From Acidobacteriota bacterium (GTDB lineage: Bacteria; Acidobacteriota; Terriglobia; Terriglobales; Acidobacteriaceae), in NCBI GenBank assembly GCA_019236695.1, contig JAFAIN010000154.1, positions 1 through 48,915 of the forward strand: 48,915 nt of DNA, given 5' to 3'. Of this stretch, positions 40,448-48,915 are shown piece by piece. The notes beneath the pieces are model-generated. The model worked only from the letters and a program-made list of their open reading frames with translations. It was not told the DNA's origin and searched no databases. Positions within the stretch are counted from its first letter, which is position 1. The number at the start of each line of letters is the position of its first letter. Position numbers and translations under genes: made by a program.

Positions 40448-42955
40448 ATGAATTTCATGCCTGCAACATATTTGTGTATTCACGCGCATTTTTATCAGCC
40501 ACCGCGTGAGAATCCGTGGCTTGAGGCGGTCGAGGGGCAGGATTCGGCCTACCCTTACCATGACTGGAACGAGCGGATAACGGCGGAGTGCTATGCGCCG
40601 AACAGCGCGTCGCGAGTGCTTGACCCGGATGGCCGCATTGTTGAGATCGTCAACAACTACAGCCAGATCAGCTTCAACTTCGGCCCAACCCTGCTCTCGT
40701 GGATGGAACAGGGAGCGCCACGAGTGTATGCCGCCATTCAGGAAGCTGACCGTGTGAGCGCCGCGCGATTTTCCGGGCACGGGTCGGCCATTGCGCAGGT
40801 GTACAACCACATGATCCTGCCTTTGGCGAATCGTCGCGACAAGGTGACGCAGGCGCTCTGGGGCATTGCGGATTTTGAACGCCGGTTCGGGCGGCCGCCG
40901 GAAGGCATGTGGCTGGCCGAAACCGCCGCTGACATCGAGACGCTGGAAGTGCTGGCGGAGCTTGGTATCCGCTTCACTATCCTGGCGCCGAACCAGGCAG
41001 CACGAGTGCGGCCGCTCGCCGGCGAGGAAGACTGGCAGGATGTGAGCGGCGCACGGATTGATCCAACCCAGCCATACGTGCAGCGGCTGCCTTCCGGTCG
41101 TGAGATCAGCCTGTTTTTCTACGACGGCCCCATATCGCGCGCTGTGGCTTTCGAGGGCCTGCTCTCAAACGGCGAACGGTTCGCGGATCGGCTGATGAGC
41201 GGGTTTTCCGAGCAACGCGACCGCCCGCAGCTCATGCATATCGCCACCGACGGCGAAACCTACGGCCACCATCATCATTACGGCGACATGGCTCTGGCCT
41301 ACGCTCTGCACCATATCCAGGAGAACCAACTGGCCACGGTTACAAATTATGGCGAGTTTCTGGAGAAATTTCCCGCGCAGTGGGAAGTTGAAATCGAGGA
41401 GAACACGTCCTGGAGCTGCGCGCACGGCGTGGAGCGGTGGCGCTCCGATTGCGGCTGCAACGGCGGGCATGCGGGCTGGAACCAGCAGTGGAGGGCGCCC
41501 CTGCGCAGCGCGTTCGATTGGCTGCGCGACGAAATTGCCTCGCGATTCGAGTCAGCTGCCAGCGCTTTGCTGGGAAACGCATGGCAGGCACGCGACCGCT
41601 ACATTGAGGTGGTTCTGGAACGCACGCCGGAAAACATCACCGCGTTCCTGCGGAGCCAGTCAGGCCGCGAACTGGAGCCTGGGGAACGCGTACGTGCCTT
41701 GAAGCTGCTTGAGATGCAGCGGCATGCCATGCTCATGTACACCAGTTGCGGCTGGTTCTTCGACGAGCTTTCCGGAATCGAAACCACACAGGTCATCGCC
41801 TACGCCGCCCGCGCCATCCAGCTCGCCGGCGACCTGTTTAAAGCCGATCTGGAGCAGCCGTTCCTGCGGCACCTGCAGGCAGCCAACTGCAATGTTGCGG
41901 CGCACGGCAACGGGCGCGAAGTGTACCTGCGCTTTATCAAGCCCATGGCGCTGAAGCTGGCGGATGTGGGCGCACACTTTGCCATCAGCTCGCTGTTCCA
42001 GCGCCACGCAGGAACCGCGCCCACTTACTGTTATTCCGTTGCGCGCCTCGATTACAACCTTACACAGGCAGGCAGGGCGAGGCTCGCGCTGGGGCAGGCG
42101 CTGGTGAGCTCGCGCGTGACTGAGGAATCCGATTGCGTGATGTTTGCGGTGCTGCATTTTGGCGACAACAACCTCACCGCAGGTGTCGCCAAAGCCTGCG
42201 ACGCAGCACGCTACCAGCAGCTTGTGACTGAGAGCACGGCGTCATTCGACAGGTTTGACCTGCCCGGAACCGTGCGGCTCCTCGACCGCTATTTTGCCGC
42301 CATGAACTATTCGCTGCGTTCGCTGTTCCGCGATGAGCAGCGCAGAATCGTCAACATCATTATTGAACGGGTGCTGGGAGAGGCGGAAGCCAGTTTCCTC
42401 AACATCTATAACCAGCATGCCACCATGATGCGCTTCCTGGCCGACCTGAACCTGCCCATGCCCAAGGCGCTGGAAGTGAGTGCCGAACTTGTGCTGAATG
42501 GGCGGCTCCGGCGCGAGTTCGAGTCCGGCGAGCCTGACCTGGCAAACGTGGCGACCCTGCTGGCCGAGGCGCATTCGGAACATGTGGCGCTCGATGCCGC
42601 CGGCCTGGGCTATACATTGCGCAAGGCGCTGGACCGCAACTTTGACCGGCTGCTGGAGGCGCCTACGGATCTGGGATTGTTGATCCGGCTCACCGGCATC
42701 ATCGAAGCGGTTCGCAAGCTGCCTTTCGAAGTCAACCTGTGGAAGGTGCAGAACGCCTACTACGAGCTGCTGCGCAATGTGTATCCGGCCTTGGCGGCAA
42801 AGCCGGCAGCGCCTGCAGGAGGAGAAGGGGCATGGGGCGACGAATCGGCGGAGTGGATGGCGCAATTCGAGCATCTGGGGCGCCTGCTGGGTTTCGCGCT
42901 TCCTGAGGCAGTACAGCGTGCCCCGGAGCCCGCCGCAGAAGTGGTGAGCCGCTGA
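40448..42955 (+). CDS. Glycoside hydrolase family 57 protein with long C-terminal (DUF3536-type) extension
   Basis: The ORF is open from 40337. ATG 40448 gives [24 protein letters not shown], the typical GH57 N-terminus. [13 protein letters not shown] contains the GH57 nucleophile-region motif. About 835 aa in total. Confidence 0.85.
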   Translation: MNFMPATYLCIHAHFYQPPRENPWLEAVEGQDSAYPYHDWNERITAECYAPNSASRVLDPDGRIVEIVNNYSQISFNFGPTLLSWMEQGAPRVYAAIQEADRVSAARFSGHGSAIAQVYNHMILPLANRRDKVTQALWGIADFERRFGRPPEGMWLAETAADIETLEVLAELGIRFTILAPNQAARVRPLAGEEDWQDVSGARIDPTQPYVQRLPSGREISLFFYDGPISRAVAFEGLLSNGERFADRLMSGFSEQRDRPQLMHIATDGETYGHHHHYGDMALAYALHHIQENQLATVTNYGEFLEKFPAQWEVEIEENTSWSCAHGVERWRSDCGCNGGHAGWNQQWRAPLRSAFDWLRDEIASRFESAASALLGNAWQARDRYIEVVLERTPENITAFLRSQSGRELEPGERVRALKLLEMQRHAMLMYTSCGWFFDELSGIETTQVIAYAARAIQLAGDLFKADLEQPFLRHLQAANCNVAAHGNGREVYLRFIKPMALKLADVGAHFAISSLFQRHAGTAPTYCYSVARLDYNLTQAGRARLALGQALVSSRVTEESDCVMFAVLHFGDNNLTAGVAKACDAARYQQLVTESTASFDRFDLPGTVRLLDRYFAAMNYSLRSLFRDEQRRIVNIIIERVLGEAEASFLNIYNQHATMMRFLADLNLPMPKALEVSAELVLNGRLRREFESGEPDLANVATLLAEAHSEHVALDAAGLGYTLRKALDRNFDRLLEAPTDLGLLIRLTGIIEAVRKLPFEVNLWKVQNAYYELLRNVYPALAAKPAAPAGGEGAWGDESAEWMAQFEHLGRLLGFALPEAVQRAPEPAAEVVSR

Positions 42956-43001
42956 ACTCGCCGCCCCGTCCCGGGATTCTCACTCGAATCAGGCTTCCAG
43001 C

Positions 43002-43031
43002 TTGACTTTCCACAGGTCTGAGTTGCCTAAT
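43002..43031 (+). promoter_or_regulatory. Candidate sigma-70-type promoter for hup (TTGACT-N18-CCTAAT)
   Basis: TTGACT at 43002-43007 and CCTAAT at 43026-43031, 36 nt upstream of ATG 43068. Confidence 0.35.
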
Positions 43032-43067
43032 GTCGGGCATGCGGGAATTACCTGCCCAGGAGAAAGC

Positions 43068-43346
43068 ATGAACAAGGGTGACCTGATTGACCGGATCGCA
43101 ACGGCATCCGGAATTACCAAAGCAGAGGCCGGCCGAGCGGTTGAAGCCGGAATAACCGCGATCACCGGCGCATTGAAAAAGGGAGAACGCGTGGCTTTGG
43201 TCGGCTTTGGAACCTTTTCTGTATCGCAGCGCAAGGCCCGGAACGGCCGCAACCCTCAGACTGGCGCAACCATCAAGATTGCGGCGCGCAAGGTGGCGAA
43301 GTTCACTCCCGGCAATGAGCTGAAGAAGGCAGTGAACCGGAAGTAA
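43068..43346 (+). CDS. hup: HU-family nucleoid-associated DNA-binding protein
   Basis: The ORF is open from 43002. ATG 43068 is preceded by GGAGAAAG and gives 92 aa: [89 protein letters not shown], a textbook HU/IHF pattern (GFGTF, RNPQTG). Confidence 0.92.
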   Translation: MNKGDLIDRIATASGITKAEAGRAVEAGITAITGALKKGERVALVGFGTFSVSQRKARNGRNPQTGATIKIAARKVAKFTPGNELKKAVNRK

Positions 43347-43377
43347 AAGGGCCCGCAACATTTTCCGCATTGGCAGG

Positions 43378-43405
43378 AACGGCAGGGCTTCGGCCCTGCC
43401 GTTTT
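43378..43405 (+). terminator. Rho-independent terminator of hup
   Basis: AACGGCAGGGC-TTCG-GCCCTGCCGTT: an 11-bp perfect stem with a tetraloop, followed by TTTG. It begins 32 nt after the stop. Confidence 0.75.
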
Positions 43406-43459
43406 GCTGTGGCGCTCTCTCGTGTGCTCCGCAACCCATATTTCCGCCACCAGGCGAGA

Positions 43460-43667
43460 GTCATTCCGAGCACCAACCTGAAGCCGGTTGCGACATGAAA
43501 TGAACAGTGGTGCTCGTCGAGGAAACGACGTGGGTCCGGCCGCCCTCGGCCGGACAGGGCGAGCGAAGCCCGCCTGGGTTGACCTTCAATCAGGGCTCGC
43601 TCGCAAGGGACGGCGAGCGGCCTTTCAGGCCGCATGGCCGACCGAGGTCGGGTCGGCCCCACGTCAC
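43460..43667. repeat. Two adjacent palindromic (MITE/REP-like) elements in the hup / GH13 convergent spacer
   Basis: Element 1 (about 43460-43525) starts GTCATTCCGAGCACCA and closes with TGGTGCTCGTCGAGGAAACGAC. Element 2 (about 43526-43667) starts GTGGGTCCGGCC and ends GGTCGGCCCCAC, with internal stems TCCGGCCG/CGGCCGGA and GCGAGCGAAGCCC/GGGCTCGCTCGC. Confidence 0.45.
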
Positions 43668-43695
43668 TTAGCTTCCGCCCTCGTTTTGCGCGCAC

Positions 43696-46600
43696 CTATT
43701 TTTTTGCTTGCGGCTGGCTGGTAGCGGGCTCGGCACTGGTTTGCGGCTCCTCAACCGGCGCGGCCTCCAGCAGGGAATCAAGGCGGTAGCTTGCCTGCTC
43801 GGCGGAGGCGAAGCGAGCCGCGATGTGGCGTTCGAGCGCCCGGATTTCCTTGCCGTTTCGCCCGGCATCGCCGGCGAGCGAAAGCAGCGAAGGCAGGTGC
43901 AGCCACCATATGAAAACTTCAAAGCGCTCTCGAACCATGTAGCGCACGCCTTCGTACTCATGCAGGCCGAGCAGCCAGGCAATCTCGGGGTCGCGCACCC
44001 ATGCCAGCAGGTCGTCACCGGCAATCGGAGAGGCGGAATGGCGAGCCAGAGCGGCGCGAACCATAGCAGCCGCGCGCCAGCGCTCTTCCCCGGCCAGACC
44101 GCAGCTCTCAAGTGCCAGCGCAATCGCGTGCCGCAGCCTTAAGCGATCGAATTTCTCCTGGGGTCTGCCGCGGTCGCGATCGCCGGAAGTCAGATCTGCG
44201 CCGGGCAGCTCCGGCAAAGCCGTGCAAGCAGCCTCCGCAGCCGCCCACGCCACTACCATGGCCCAGGGGGCAATCCCGGAAAGAGCACCGGCTGGCCCGG
44301 CCGGCAGCACACCGCGCGCCGCCTCAGGCCAGGGAGTGGAGAATTCCTCTTCGATAGCCGGCAACCGCTGGGCAGCCCGCAGCCGCGCAGAAAACAACCA
44401 TGCAGTCCTCTGCTCGGTTGCGGCATCCACCCTGCCGCCTTCCACTTGCCGCACCTCTTCCAGGAACCGGTGCAACCGCGAAACCGCTTCCTCGACGGCG
44501 TGGGGCGCGACATCGGCATCTAAAAAATCCTTCGCTGAACAATCTCGCGATTCCGCTGTTTCCCCGGCCAGCCGTTCGAGCAGGGATGCCTCAGCCATGG
44601 AAGCAAGCGCGCTGTGCACCGGCTCAAGCTCGAGCATGCGCAGCTCATCTTCAAGGCTGCTGGCGCCCCGCCCCTGCAGGCGTTCACACAGCGGGCCCCA
44701 GCGTTCCCCCTGCAGTTCGCGCCATTCCAGAAACACATGGTAGCGGTATGCTCCCAGCTCGAGGCGCATGCCCTTTTCGGCCAATTCCGAGCTGCGATGC
44801 AAGTGTTCCAGGCCGGTAACCGCATCGCGGCAGGCGATAAAGCAGTGCGCCTCGCCTCGCAGGCCGAAGGCTTCGCCCAGGCTGCGCTGCCGCAGTTGCC
44901 TGCCATGCTCTCCCTTCCCAGCGTAGCTGGCCGACATGCGAATCCAGCCGCGAGTTTCGGCGTAGCGGTTGTTATAGATGACGAGCGCCCGGTCGCCGCC
45001 GGCCTGGTTGGAGTAGGCGAAGACGTCCTCATTCACCTGGCCGGCATCGGTGTAGAAGTCGTACAGCAGGAAATTGGCGACCTCGGCAAACAGCCATCGG
45101 CGATGGAGCAGGGGCGTAATCTCGCGCTCGTGGCGCGCCACCAGCCACTCGTCGGGCGCCTCCTCGAAGTATGAGCGGCGGTATTCCATTCCATAGCGCT
45201 CGTGAAAACCTTCGAGTTGCCCATGGCCGAACATGGGCAGCCCCGGCATGGTTGCCATCAGCACGCAACAGCCGAAGTACTTGTCGCCTTTGCCAAACTG
45301 GTCAATCGCGGTGCGCTCGTCGGGGTTGCTCATGAAGTTGACGTAGCGCTTCAGCACTTCCGGATCAAATTCCAGAGTGTTCTTCATCACGCTGCGGTAG
45401 TTGGCGTTCTCCTCGTCACGCAGCATGTTCATAAACGCGCTGTTGTACACGCGGTGCATGCCGAGCGTACGGACAAAATAGCCCTCGAGCAGCCAGAATG
45501 CTTCCGCCAGCAGCAGCGTGCCCGGGGCTTCCACGGCCACGCGATCCACCACCTCGCGCCAGAACTCCTGCGGCATGGCGGCATCGAACCGGGCGCGCGT
45601 AAGGCCGTGCTCGGCGCGCGAAGCAATGGCGGAGCCGCTGCCCGGCTCAGGGAACCACAGGCGCTGGTAATGCTTGCGCGTCAGCGTCATGGCGGCATCG
45701 AAGCGAATGATCGGGAACTGCCGGGCCACGTGAAGGATGGCTTGAATCACCGCTTCGCGCACCTGGGGATTCAGATAATTCAACTGGGCAGTGTCGTTCC
45801 AGGGAAAACTGGTGCCGTCATTGCCGTGGTAGATGAATCGCGTGTCGCCGGTCCAGCGGTCGCGCCGAAGGAAGACTACAGCGGCATCCGTGCGGTCGTA
45901 GTAATGATCCTCTACCCTGATCTCCACGCGGCCATCGCTGGAAACGTCGGGGCCATTGAATGTGTACGCCGGGAATGGCGGATGATCGAGCTGGATAAAC
46001 CACTCCGGATGCTCGATGAGCCAGCGCGAATCGATGCCCATGTGGTTGGGAACCATGTCACTGGCCAGGCGAATGCCGCGGGCGGCAGCCCGGTCGCGCA
46101 GGTTGCGGTAGGCGGCCTCTCCGCCAAGATCGTCGGCAATGGCGTAATCGTAGAGCGAGTAGGCCGAGGCGCCCGCCTCAGGGTTTCCGGTGAGCTGCTT
46201 GATGCGTTGGGAAGCGCGGCTTCGCTGCCACACGCCGATGATCCAGACAGCGTTAAAGCCGCGGCGCGAGAAGCTGTCGAGCTCCTCATCGGGAACCTCG
46301 TCGAGCCGGTGAATGCCGCACGAGTAGCGGCGGCTGAGCTGGTGCAGCCACACGTAGGCGCTCTTGGCGATCATGACGGTGCGCGGCATCCACTCAATAT
46401 CGGCGCTGAAGGCTTCGTACTCATGCTCGGCCGCGGCTTCGAAATGGGGAATGGCAGCCGCGCTGGAATCGCCGGTGGCGCCGCCCCCAAACGGCGCGCC
46501 CGCCGCCGGCGGATGGAACTGCATCCAGATGGCGACCTCTTCTTCCTGCAGCACGCCGGCCGCGATCGCCAGGCGCGTGATGAAGTCGCCCAGCAGCGGC

Positions 46601-47283
46601 GGCCATTTCCGGCGGATGAATTCCAGTTGCCCCGACAGCGAGTTGGGCGAAGCCAGCGCGGGGGCCCGCAGCAGATCAAAAACATTCTGATCTTCCGGCC
46701 CGAAGCGCGGGCGGGTTTCAAAATAGGCGCGCAGCAACTCGGAAAGGCGCGGGTAGGCGGTTGCGCGCGCAAGCTCGGAGTCGTCAAACAGCTCCTGGTG
46801 GCGGCGGAACGCCGGATTGGCGTTGGCCAGCCACAGGAAGAACGCCTCTTCCAGCGCGACGGCACGATGCGGCGTCGCGCCGGTTGCGCCTTCCATCCAC
46901 TCGGCCGGCGACTGCGCGCCGCGGTACACGGCAACCGAAGGGAACTGGGTGGCGAATTCCAGCAGCAGCCTGTCAAGGGCCTGCCGGCCCAGGCGGCGCT
47001 CGAGAAAAGCCAGCGCATCGGTTATGGCGGAAGAGTCGCGCTGCTCGCGGTACTGTGCGAGTACGAGGTGGAGGGCTTCATCAATCAGCCCCATGGCATT
47101 GAGCGAGCCGGCATGCACCGCGAGTTCAGGGTGCGCGGCCGAATTGCGAACCTGGTTGATGCGGCGGGCGAATTCGCGGGCCGCCGGAAGGTTGGCGAAT
47201 ATGGCGGCGCCGTCGGTCGAGAACAGCACATCGTCAAAGCCGTAGCGGTCCCGCGCCGCCCGTGAGATGTGCAGCTCAAACAT
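43696..47283 (-). CDS. Large alpha-amylase-family (GH13) protein with about 330-aa N-terminal and about 450-aa C-terminal extensions
   Basis: 1195-aa ORF. GH13 conserved regions by eye: I GIRLASDMVPNHMG, II IIRFDAAMTL, III LLLAEAFW, IV NFMSNPDE. Strong coding bias along the full length. Confidence 0.85.
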   Translation of the reverse strand: MFELHISRAARDRYGFDDVLFSTDGAAIFANLPAAREFARRINQVRNSAAHPELAVHAGSLNAMGLIDEALHLVLAQYREQRDSSAITDALAFLERRLGRQALDRLLLEFATQFPSVAVYRGAQSPAEWMEGATGATPHRAVALEEAFFLWLANANPAFRRHQELFDDSELARATAYPRLSELLRAYFETRPRFGPEDQNVFDLLRAPALASPNSLSGQLEFIRRKWPPLLGDFITRLAIAAGVLQEEEVAIWMQFHPPAAGAPFGGGATGDSSAAAIPHFEAAAEHEYEAFSADIEWMPRTVMIAKSAYVWLHQLSRRYSCGIHRLDEVPDEELDSFSRRGFNAVWIIGVWQRSRASQRIKQLTGNPEAGASAYSLYDYAIADDLGGEAAYRNLRDRAAARGIRLASDMVPNHMGIDSRWLIEHPEWFIQLDHPPFPAYTFNGPDVSSDGRVEIRVEDHYYDRTDAAVVFLRRDRWTGDTRFIYHGNDGTSFPWNDTAQLNYLNPQVREAVIQAILHVARQFPIIRFDAAMTLTRKHYQRLWFPEPGSGSAIASRAEHGLTRARFDAAMPQEFWREVVDRVAVEAPGTLLLAEAFWLLEGYFVRTLGMHRVYNSAFMNMLRDEENANYRSVMKNTLEFDPEVLKRYVNFMSNPDERTAIDQFGKGDKYFGCCVLMATMPGLPMFGHGQLEGFHERYGMEYRRSYFEEAPDEWLVARHEREITPLLHRRWLFAEVANFLLYDFYTDAGQVNEDVFAYSNQAGGDRALVIYNNRYAETRGWIRMSASYAGKGEHGRQLRQRSLGEAFGLRGEAHCFIACRDAVTGLEHLHRSSELAEKGMRLELGAYRYHVFLEWRELQGERWGPLCERLQGRGASSLEDELRMLELEPVHSALASMAEASLLERLAGETAESRDCSAKDFLDADVAPHAVEEAVSRLHRFLEEVRQVEGGRVDAATEQRTAWLFSARLRAAQRLPAIEEEFSTPWPEAARGVLPAGPAGALSGIAPWAMVVAWAAAEAACTALPELPGADLTSGDRDRGRPQEKFDRLRLRHAIALALESCGLAGEERWRAAAMVRAALARHSASPIAGDDLLAWVRDPEIAWLLGLHEYEGVRYMVRERFEVFIWWLHLPSLLSLAGDAGRNGKEIRALERHIAARFASAEQASYRLDSLLEAAPVEEPQTSAEPATSQPQAKK

Positions 47284-47327
47284 AGTCCAGCACTATCGTA
47301 CCTGTTTCGCAGCGGAGAGGCGGCAGG

Positions 47328-47768
47328 CTAGCTTGCGCTTCGCGCCGATCGCGCCGAGGGTGTTCCGTCATCCCCCGCGGCTGCTTCGCGGGCGTGCCGC
47401 AGGATGTACCTGCCGTTCGACATAAGAAACCGCGCCAGCCGGGCCGCTACCCGCTCCAAAAGAACTCGGTCTTCGATGCTGAGGGCTCTGGCGCACCCGC
47501 TTGCAACCGTGATGACCCCGAGCACGCGCGTTCCAATCCGGATGGGAACCTGGTAGCCGCCCGAAATGGTCGGAACGGAGGGGGCCAGGCGGATTTCGAC
47601 GACCTCATAGTGGCGGCCATCGCACAGGAGGGCCGCGGCGCGCTCCAGCGGCAGCGCACCGGCAGTGCGATGCGGGTGGCGCAGCTCGCCCTCCACGGCA
47701 TTCAGGATATCGCGCGCAGAACGATAGGTTTTCACGAGGTCCCCGGGCCCGCAACAGAACGGACACAA
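47328..47768 (-). CDS. Small GAF-domain-like protein
   Basis: 146-aa ORF with a TTG start; an in-frame GTG at 47735 is an alternative. C-terminal pattern YQVPIRIGTRVLGVITVASGCARALSIEDRVLLERVAARLARFL resembles the last strands and helix of GAF domains. 44 nt upstream of the GH13 gene on the same strand. Confidence 0.5.
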   Translation of the reverse strand: MCPFCCGPGDLVKTYRSARDILNAVEGELRHPHRTAGALPLERAAALLCDGRHYEVVEIRLAPSVPTISGGYQVPIRIGTRVLGVITVASGCARALSIEDRVLLERVAARLARFLMSNGRYILRHAREAAAGDDGTPSARSARSAS

Positions 47769-47961
47769 GATTCGGAACGCAGAACAGTCTAGTGCGGGGC
47801 GAATGAGCCGTGCAAATCTGAAATATAATTTTGAGACGAGAAAGTTATCTTCAGGCTTCCATTACTTTGTACACTTCCACTTTCAGATTTCACATTTCTC
47901 ACCCCGGCGATTACGATGTTCTTCGGTTTTCGGAATCTCACTCATTCGGAGGAAGGCAAAG

Positions 47962-48426
47962 ATGAAGAAGTTGCTGATCAGCATGGCGGTCTGGGCGGCG
48001 GTTGCAACCTTCTGCCTGGGACAGGCACAGAGCGGAGGCGGCGAACACCAAGGCATGCCCGGCATGTCGCACGGCTCAATGTCGGGAGGCGACACGGGCG
48101 CTGCCATTACCAAAATTGAGCGCGGCTGGGAAGCTGCCATGGCGAAGAAGGATGATGCTGCGGTCGCAAGTTACATTGCCGATAACTGGGTCGCGGTTGG
48201 ACCTGATGGTTCAAAAGAGAGTAAGGCCCAGTTCCTTTCGGAAGTGAAGAGCGGGCAATACGCCGACATGAAAATTGACAGCGTTGAAGTGAACGCGATG
48301 GGCAACATTGCGGTGGCTACTGGCAAAGCGCACGATCCAACCGGCAAGTACGCCTACATGGACGTCTTTATGCGCCAGGGGGGAACGTGGAAGGCAATCG
48401 CCTCCCAGATCGGCAAGATCGGCTAA
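47962..48426 (+). CDS. DUF4440 / SnoaL-like (NTF2-fold) protein, secreted
   Basis: The ORF is open from 47803. ATG 47962 is preceded by GGAGGAAGG and gives the signal peptide MKKLLISMAVWAAVATFCLGQAQS. AITKIERGWEAAMAKKDDAAVASYIADNWVAVGPDGSKESKAQFLSEVKSGQY...MRQGGTWKAIASQ fits the DUF4440 pattern. Confidence 0.75.
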   Translation: MKKLLISMAVWAAVATFCLGQAQSGGGEHQGMPGMSHGSMSGGDTGAAITKIERGWEAAMAKKDDAAVASYIADNWVAVGPDGSKESKAQFLSEVKSGQYADMKIDSVEVNAMGNIAVATGKAHDPTGKYAYMDVFMRQGGTWKAIASQIGKIG

Positions 48427-48437
48427 CAGGCGTAGAG

Positions 48438-48520
48438 GTTCACAATCGAGGCACCGAGGGTTAGGGGGAGTTTGATTCGAATTGCGTGGTCTTTGGTGAC
48501 TCCGTGTCTCCGTTGTGAAC
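48438..48520. repeat. Inverted pair of CACGGAG-family repeat arms between convergent genes
   Basis: gttcacaatcgaggcaccgaggg (48438-48460) pairs with ggtgactccgtgtctccgttgtgaac (48495-48520), whose reverse complement is gttcacaacggagacacggagtcacc. Confidence 0.7.
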
Positions 48521-48531
48521 AGGATTGTTAT

Positions 48532-48915
48532 TCAGGAGAGGCCGTATTTCTGCAGGCGGCGGTAGAGTGCGCTGCGGCTCAGGCCGAGCGCATCGGCGGC
48601 CTGGCTGATGTTGCCTCCATAGCGGGCCAGCGCCTTCTTGATGAGAAAGGCTTCTACATCCTCCAGGCTCATTTCCTCGAGGCGATGGCCGGCATCCCGA
48701 GTGCGCAGCGCGAGGTCGGCTGGCCGTACCTGTGCACCTTGCGCCATAAGCACCGCGCGTTCAATGGCATGATCGAGCTCGCGAACGTTGCCCGGCCATG
48801 AGTGATCCAGCAGCGCCTGCATGGTTGCCGGCTCAAAGCCCGTAATGGTCTTGCGGTAACGCTGCGCATACTGCCGCAGGAAGTGCGTAGCCAGCAGCGC
48901 AATGTCCTCGCGCCG
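48532..48915 (-). CDS. Sigma-54-dependent transcriptional activator, C-terminal part (5' end runs off the right window edge)
   Basis: The frame is open from 48915 to the stop at 48532 (128 codons). It reads RREDIALLATHFLRQYAQRYRKTITGFEPATMQALLDHSWPGNVRELDHAIERAVL...ALARYGGNISQAADALGLSRSALYRRLQKYGL, i.e. the end of an AAA+ sigma-54 interaction domain plus a Fis-type HTH. Confidence 0.85.
   Translation of the reverse strand, partial: RREDIALLATHFLRQYAQRYRKTITGFEPATMQALLDHSWPGNVRELDHAIERAVLMAQGAQVRPADLALRTRDAGHRLEEMSLEDVEAFLIKKALARYGGNISQAADALGLSRSALYRRLQKYGLS

Noticed and set aside
43303-43724. ORFs 43303-43695 (-) and 43488-43724 (+) in the hup/GH13 spacer.
   Set aside because: They run through stacked palindromic repeats and the hup terminator. 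They have no SD, and their translations are Arg/Gly/Pro-rich and non-protein-like.
45202-47265. 687-aa ORF antisense to the GH13 gene. Similar long antisense or alternative-frame ORFs occur at 29310-30695, 1721-2743, 22142-23077, 26002-26862, 36111-37007, 15592-16302 and 33484-34035.
   Set aside because: All lie opposite to, or out of frame with, genes that have clear family signatures. Their translations are Arg/Ala/Gly/His-rich with no recognisable motifs. They are high-GC stop-codon depletion artefacts.
47835-47925. Direct repeats TTCCA/ATTTCAC (ttccattactttgtacacttccactttcagatttcacatttctcac) in the AT-rich divergent region between the GAF and DUF4440 genes, considered as a regulator binding array.
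   Set aside because: These are short, degenerate repeats in AT-rich promoter DNA. There is no clear palindrome or spacing regularity and no adjacent regulator gene to link them to. Too weak to call.
1-48915. Prophage, integrative element, IS or transposon, rRNA/tRNA genes, and CRISPR-Cas.
   Set aside because: No integrase, transposase, recombinase, phage structural protein or cas-like translation appears in any frame. No cloverleaf-like tRNA sequence or rRNA-like stretch was seen in the intergenic regions by eye. A tRNAscan/Infernal run would be needed for certainty.

Overview
High-GC (about 63-67% in coding sequence) chromosomal segment. It is most likely from an Acidobacteriota genome, because it carries a PadR regulator paired with an ADOP-type duplicated orphan permease, a pairing characteristic of that phylum. 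All calls below rest on reading the ORF translations and the raw sequence by eye; no searches were run.

Recognisable content, left to right:
- tolB-pal-cpoB on the minus strand, with cpoB truncated by the left window edge.
- A DUF2203 gene.
- A run of about ten co-directional, tightly or overlappingly spaced genes (3895-16923) that encode only membrane or secreted proteins with no recognisable enzymatic domain. The parts are Ig/IPT-like modules, coiled coils, a PH-like membrane protein, a CvpA fusion, and an 881-aa protein with near-identical 120-bp in-frame tandem repeats.
- A phosphoesterase and an ArnT/PMT-like GT-C glycosyltransferase.
- A low-GC HigBA mini-island.
- A 1138-aa BNR/sortilin-like protein, an orphan DppD-like ATPase and gltX.
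- A VapBC module.
- Two tandem YVTN beta-propeller paralogs behind a sigma-54 response regulator.
- The PadR-ADOP cassette.
- A HAMP histidine kinase with a family-5 solute-binding protein and an unknown secreted protein.
- An L,D-transpeptidase.
- An alpha-glucan locus (GH57, hup, a 1195-aa GH13 protein, a GAF protein).
- A DUF4440 protein and a second sigma-54 activator, truncated by the right edge.

No rRNA, tRNA, CRISPR array, transposase or integrase was seen.

The best candidate for an undescribed system is the 6.3-16.9 kb envelope-protein cluster. A second theme is several families of short-period intergenic repeats (CACGGAG octads, GGCAAAAG octads, GGGTGCC/CCCGATA heptads, GTCAT-ended MITE-like hairpins). 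These sit at gene ends, inside the tolB-pal spacer, and on both flanks of the HigBA island.
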